A DNA stretch of 64,000 nt from Hormiphora californensis (Eukaryota > Animalia > Ctenophora), in NCBI GenBank assembly GCA_020137815.1, contig CM035355.1:5332001-5396000 (forward strand), in the 5' to 3' direction. The notes beneath the pieces are model-generated. The model saw nothing but the letters and a program-made list of their open reading frames with translations, did no database searches and was not told the origin of the DNA. This document shows positions 58,035 to 64,000 of this stretch, piece by piece (positions within the stretch are counted from its first letter, which is position 1; each line of letters starts with the position of its first letter). A program made the translations under genes and the position numbers.

Positions 58035-58965
58035 CATCAAGATGTGCTTTCCATACACGTTCTACTATGTTTCCTTTTGCTTTTTAATCACCCTAATCGT
58101 TCATTAACCCACATTTCCTCCTAGCTATGAATGTTTCCATTGAGGCAATTCTCTCAGCAGCAACTGGGCAAGTATTATAACTCTCTTAATCTCATTGCGG
58201 GAAATTTATATTATCGTGAAATGAATGATTGAACTGATTACTACGCATGACAGGGAACTCTAGCCACCATGTCACAACGAGTTTTCTTGGTGTCTCGAAC
58301 AATCTTCTAGCTACCAATCAAAATTCTTTGATGTCTCGAGTCCCACCTCCCACGATGTCTAGTTAGAGAGTCCCCTTGAAAATCGTTCTATAGATTAGCT
58401 TGTCCACGACGAATAATTATTTTTCTACGAGTGTAGCTGGGTTTGTCTATCCATTCTATGACATGGATTGCCTAGCTAGACTCTGTTTCGCGTGGACAAG
58501 TCCACAGGATGGATCGTGTGACGATTAGCCCTTAAATAGTCGACAAGCACGGGCCTTTTAAAAACAAGGGCCCGCTATCATGGCAAGTAAATCAAATTCT
58601 TTCTAGAAAAGTGTGGAAGAGTTTGTAGTAGTATCTGATACCATTTATACTGAAACCCGTCGTTCGCATCTGATTTTACTGATGGACAACTTCAAAATAT
58701 ATCTTTATCGATCGGGGGTCTTTATCTTATGATGATGATGATGATTGGGCAAGCTCGGGAATCTTTGAATTGAACACCTGAATCTGTTCAGAATGATAGA
58801 GAAGGATAAAGCAATAGAGAAAGAAAGAGACGTGAGGAGGCTGGAGAGAGGTGGAGAGAAGAGATGTTTGTAATTGCCGTAAGGTGGCAGCCACACCGGG
58901 ATCCGACTGGCGCCTGTGGTCTCTCTTTCTCTCTTTCTTTCTATCTCTCTCTCTCTCTCTCTCTA

Positions 58966-59009
<44 letters not shown>

Positions 59010-59397
59010 TGCTTCCACTGCTACCTCTCAGAGGGGGTCTCAGTATTATAGCGTCTTTGGCATGCCCGGTAAGGGAGGTTGGACATGATCCTGGGCATGC
59101 CTCACCCTCTCTACAGCACTCCATGTTTCAGAACATGCCTCCCCCTCTCTTCACTCCATGTTTCTGAACATGTTCCCTGCCTACTGCAGTGCATCTTCCC
59201 ATTGCATTTACTCTTTTGATTTCCATGATTTCTATGTTGTGTTTTCGCTAGGGTTAGGTGCGGATAGGACAATCTTCTGTGAGATAATGCTGTTCGTTCG
59301 TCGTGTGTGTGTTCGTGTAAGCATCAACAACCAATATTACTCTGGCATTGTGTCGGGGTTATACCATCGCGTTGTGGCAGATGGCTTACACGCATAC

Positions 59398-59748
59398 TAG
59401 TAGAGTCGATAACTACATCGACCTCTCCCAATTGTTCCAGTTTTTGTCACATCAGTTTTGAGCCTCGACACGACCTCTAAACAGGTGTTACTTTTTTCAC
59501 AAACTGTTTTTCATCTCGGTGTAATCAGCAGTTGAAATGTTGTTGATCATAACAAAAACCTGACTAAATTTTTTCAACTTGGGGTAAAACCATGGGTGTC
59601 AAGTTAGCTCTAGGTCCCCTGAGTAACCATCCGAGACTCCAAGAGATATTTCAAGCCGTTCTCCTGTAATCAATTAATCCCGGTAGCGCACATATTTGAG
59701 TATGGACGTACGTGCAATTGCCTACAACCTCAACTTTAATGTATAACG
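59398..59748 (-). mobile_element. Second copy of the 6541-7333 foldback family, truncated by the assembly gap
   Basis: Reverse complement of ~6982-7333; starts with TAGTAGAGTCGATAAC. Confidence 0.92.
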
Positions 59749-59749
59749 A

Positions 59750-59849
59750 NNNNNNNNNNNNNNNNNNNNNNNNNNNNNNNNNNNNNNNNNNNNNNNNNNN
59801 NNNNNNNNNNNNNNNNNNNNNNNNNNNNNNNNNNNNNNNNNNNNNNNNN
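59750..59849. other. Assembly gap (100 N)
   Basis: Run of N. Confidence 1.
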
Positions 59850-62800
59850 CTATCGCTCTCTCTCTCTCTCATCCTCATCACATGTGTCATGTGTGTGTAT
59901 CAATCTACTTCATACTACTCTATTGAGTAGCTATTCGTCGTGGCTGTGTTGGTCAGTCTCCCTTTTTGTTGTTATAGAGAGTAACTGTTGGGATACTCAT
60001 GTGAGTCGGGTGTGCGTCAATGGAATATGCGAGGGTGTGAGAGTCAGAGAAAGGTAGAGAGTGAGAGAAATAAAAAGGTAAAGATAGAGAGACAATGTGA
60101 GATGCTTTATAAAAGCTTGATGGAGCTGAGAGATAAAGTTGTGACGTCATTGTCATTGTGTTTACAGTCACAAGCAGTTCATTTTCTGATGTATTTACAG
60201 CGGTTCATTTTCCTTTGAATACACACAGAAACACACCTTCGGTCGTGTGATAGAGAGAGATAGAGAGTCATAGGATGAGCGTGTGTGTGTAATAATTCAT
60301 TGTTTATCTAAGCGTGGCATGTTCATCGACCCTCAGCCTGTCTCCCATTCTCTCTTGTCCTATCTCCTATTCTCTCTCATCCTATCACGGCGTAGTATTA
60401 TAGTAGCCTGGGGGCATAATATTAAGTTTTAATCTCAATAAATCCTGTTTTGTTATTTTTTGCTGACTAGAACTAGTATTTGAATTTATGACATATGCTA
60501 CTATAATATACCACCCCCTGTCCGGAGTACTGCTTTTTTCTCCATGTGGTTAAAATTCAAATATGTAGTATTTGGATTATGATGATAGTCCTCCAGTGAC
60601 TTGAAATGCATTGCCGTTGTATTTTTAAAGTCACCAAAAAGGTGTGTTTGAATCCATTAGTCCTACCTATTGCCCCATCTTTGATGTGGACCTAACCTTG
60701 ATATTTACTACCACGGGAGGACCAAGCTTTTGCGGACGAGTCGCTCAATCATCGTATTTGGATTATATTAATTTATCTTGTTATGGATTAACATGTCATT
60801 GTTTTAAACCTTGACGATAATATTAACAAAATGGGCAGCTGGGCCATTGTGTGTATCAAAACAATGATCAATATGACGTGAATCATTTAATAAATTGTTT
60901 AATTGCCTGGCTGTGTAACTCAATATATTCTATTAAATAAATACGGCAAGTGCATTTGTTAATACAGTGCCGCAGGTTTCTCCTCTCTCTCTCTCTCTAT
61001 ATCTATATCTATAACCTCCACTCTCTCTCTGTATATCGAAACCGTTTCCTAGTTACACCAAAAACTCAGTCCTGGGCGAGACACTCGACATCACACAGTG
61101 AATTGAATTGTGATAGTTTATAACCGCCCCCTCGATCATTATACATAAACGGTTATATTGCCAGCTAAAAACGATTTTTATTTAACTCTTGACCGGTCCC
61201 GGCTTGCTCTAGACCAGTCTCTGTCCCGGGGGCCGGGGCGGCCAGCCCCCTTAAGTAAAAAAGAAACATGAGAAGGGGGGGAAAAAGGGAGGGCAGGGGG
61301 GTCGGAGGAAGAAAACGAACCGTGTTGTGTTGGTATAATTTAAGGGGTCGTGATGGGAAAGCCCCCTCTGGGTAACAGACACACGCAACAATTGGGGCCA
61401 GCCATATTATCCCTCCTTTGTTCTGCGACCTCTCACTTTGTCTTTTATTCATTTCATTTGTCTCTACGATTCTATATTGTCCATCTCTCTCTCACTCCGT
61501 CTCACTCTTCTTTAAATTAGTCGACGGATCGTTCATTTCTACTTATTGCAGAGGCCCGTTTTGTAATAAGTTCACTTCATTATTCATAGGATGGGAGGGA
61601 GCTGAGAGAGATACAGTGAGAGAGATAAAGAGATAGAGAGATAAAGATAGAGAGATGAAGATAGAGAGAGAGACCACTGGTACAGATGTGGACTCAATAC
61701 ATCTCATTACTCCCTGTCAACCCCTATATACTCGTCATTAGCCTCTTACTACCAGTACCAGCTTGGTACAGCTGCTGCTCACAGAGAGCTTCCAGTGCAG
61801 AGAGAAAAACAGAGCTCTGTTTTTCTCTGCAGAGAGGAGGGCTGAAACAAGCTACATACCAGGTATAAGCCTGTGGTTAAGGCCACACGTGATTGAAATG
61901 GGTCCAGAACAGATCCAATCCGAGTCTCTGACTCTCTGTTTGTGTCTCAGGGGTGTATCATGCAGTACGAGGGGGACTGTTGTTGAGAAAGGGAGGGTTA
62001 ATATTGCAAGAACTCTATTGACGACGAAGGTGGGCCAGGTTTCCAGGGAAATGTGTATTGTTATCGCACACTGGACCTCAAGAATTGGCGTTGGTGTGTG
62101 ACATTAATAATCTACTATCCAGATTACAATATGACATTTGACTCGCCATTTAAGTCACATCAACATTGATTTGATTATGACTTGATTAGAATTTAGTTTC
62201 AGGGAACTAGCTTGATTATTCGCCAATGAGTGTCATGAGTTCTCGAAACGCTTTATATTAGTTCCGACGATTGGTCCCGATTGTTTACTGCTAGAGTGTT
62301 GAGAGAAATGAGGATCATGAATTCGATACTGTTATGCTTCCTGTAGTCTCGATTAATATTCTCGTCGTCTCGGCCTATCTCCTCTTCTAACTCTCGTCTC
62401 TAATCTAGCTCTCTCTTCACTCTAGTCTCTCTCTCTTCTCTCTCTCTCTGCTCTCTCTCTCTCTCTTCTCTTCGTCCTTCTCTCCTCCTCTTCTATCTCG
62501 CTCTCTTCATTCCCCTTCCCCCTGTCCTCGCTCCTTCAACGAAGTGGTGGTTTTGTCACGTGACCTCAGTTCTGACTTTTCATTGGTTGAGAGCTAGCGT
62601 GATTGACTTCGTCAAGCAATATCAAAGATTCTGCTTGATGCGTATACGCAGGAAGGAGAGGGAACTACAGTAGAGGGGGAGAGAGAGAGAGAGAGGAGAG
62701 AGAGTAGAGAGAGGGAGAGATAGATAGAGAGAGAGAGAGAGAAGTATAGAGGGAGATGAAGAAGAAATCGAGAAAACTTTTTATTCTTCTATCGATTTCT

Positions 62801-63590
62801 ACTCTAGTAGGAGTCGGTTTAACTCTATCAGTCGGTCTGCCTACCTCATGTTCAGCCTACTTCCTAGTTCATACCAACTAAACGACTTTTCGTCAGAGAG
62901 AGGGATAGAGAGAGAGGGTATAAAGATAGTAGAGAGAGAGAGAGAAAAAGAGAGAGATAGCAAAAGAAAAAAAGAGTTCACTGTCATTGGCCCATGATTT
63001 CATTTTATGGAAGTGTTGCGGCTAGCTTCCCATAACTTCCTTCACTCAATATCTACGGTCTTTTGTTACTGATCTGTTCCTCCCTCTCGCTATCTTTCTC
63101 TCTATCTCTCTCTCTCTCTCTCTCTTCTCTCTCTTCCCTCTATCTATCCTCTCGCATTATTGTGTCTGTACCCGGAAACCACACGCAGCACATCGGTACG
63201 GCCGGCATACTGTCTTTTAGCGAAGGAGAGAGAGAGGAGGGAGTTAGCGAAAGAGCGATTCAGCGAAGGAGAGAGAGGGAGAGAGAGAAAGAAAAAGACC
63301 ACGTCACCATAGTAACTAATTTTATTGGTCTTTCGAGCTCTCTGATAGTCATCCCTATCTTTCGTGCGCTCGCCTAGCAATTCTTCTTCCTCTCTTCATC
63401 ATTCTCTCGGCTCGTTCTCTCGTCGCGAGAAGTAGCTAGCTGTCTCTTAGCTGTCTCTTAGCTAGCTGGTTTGTTCGTGTGCTGACCTCTATGACGAAAA
63501 CATCCGATAATTGTACAAGTCCACAGACAGAGCGGAAGGAGGAGGAAAGGAGGAGCTAGCGCTAGCGGGAGTCTCCTCCCGATCTCTCTC

Positions 63591-63720
<130 letters not shown>

Positions 63721-64000
63721 TGCGTTGCTTTCGAATTGTACAACGCTACGCTATTTAAACGCTTATTTACTTCTAACTTTCACTCTGTATTTTGTTCTCT
63801 AAAACATCTCGCTCAAACATCCCTCTCAGCCAACAACTTAGCTTCTATTCACAACCCGGTCTCGATTAATTCTGTGTTTCCATCTCTCTCTGTCTCAATC
63901 CTACTAATTCTGAGAGCTGCCGCGGGTACCAGTCAATCAGCACTCTACGGAGCTATTTCAAGCTTTACTAGTCAATACCCGATGACATGATGTGAACAAC

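Overview
Eukaryotic (animal) genomic DNA with spliceosomal introns and many (GA)n microsatellites; it may be a ctenophore, but that is an unverified impression. The window has three zones. (1) 1-31 kb is transposon-dense: a same-strand patchwork of short repeated modules and domain fragments (U1-type Zn finger, Myb/SANT-like, CCHC knuckle, RING, Kolobok-like transposase, Ulp1-like, alpha-kinase-like, Gypsy gag and integrase), plus many MITE, foldback and Helentron-type elements. The most striking structure is at 20866-27825: four ~1.6-1.9 kb non-autonomous elements apparently inserted one inside the other at the same TATA|TA site, 96 bp from their own end, so that four bodies are followed by four stacked 96-bp tails. 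(2) 31-39.3 kb is a tight minus-strand cluster of host genes: a Nova-like 2-KH protein, ASPSCR1/TUG, intronless PRMT3, and the first four exons of TBCD, with splice acceptors just upstream of the start codons (candidate trans-spliced operon). (3) 39.3-64 kb holds a three-exon Tob/BTG gene. Its first intron carries a head-to-head Penelope-like retroelement (13-bp TSD, a hammerhead ribozyme in each arm, a nested TA-TSD MITE). The rest is microsatellite-rich non-coding DNA with one 100-N gap.
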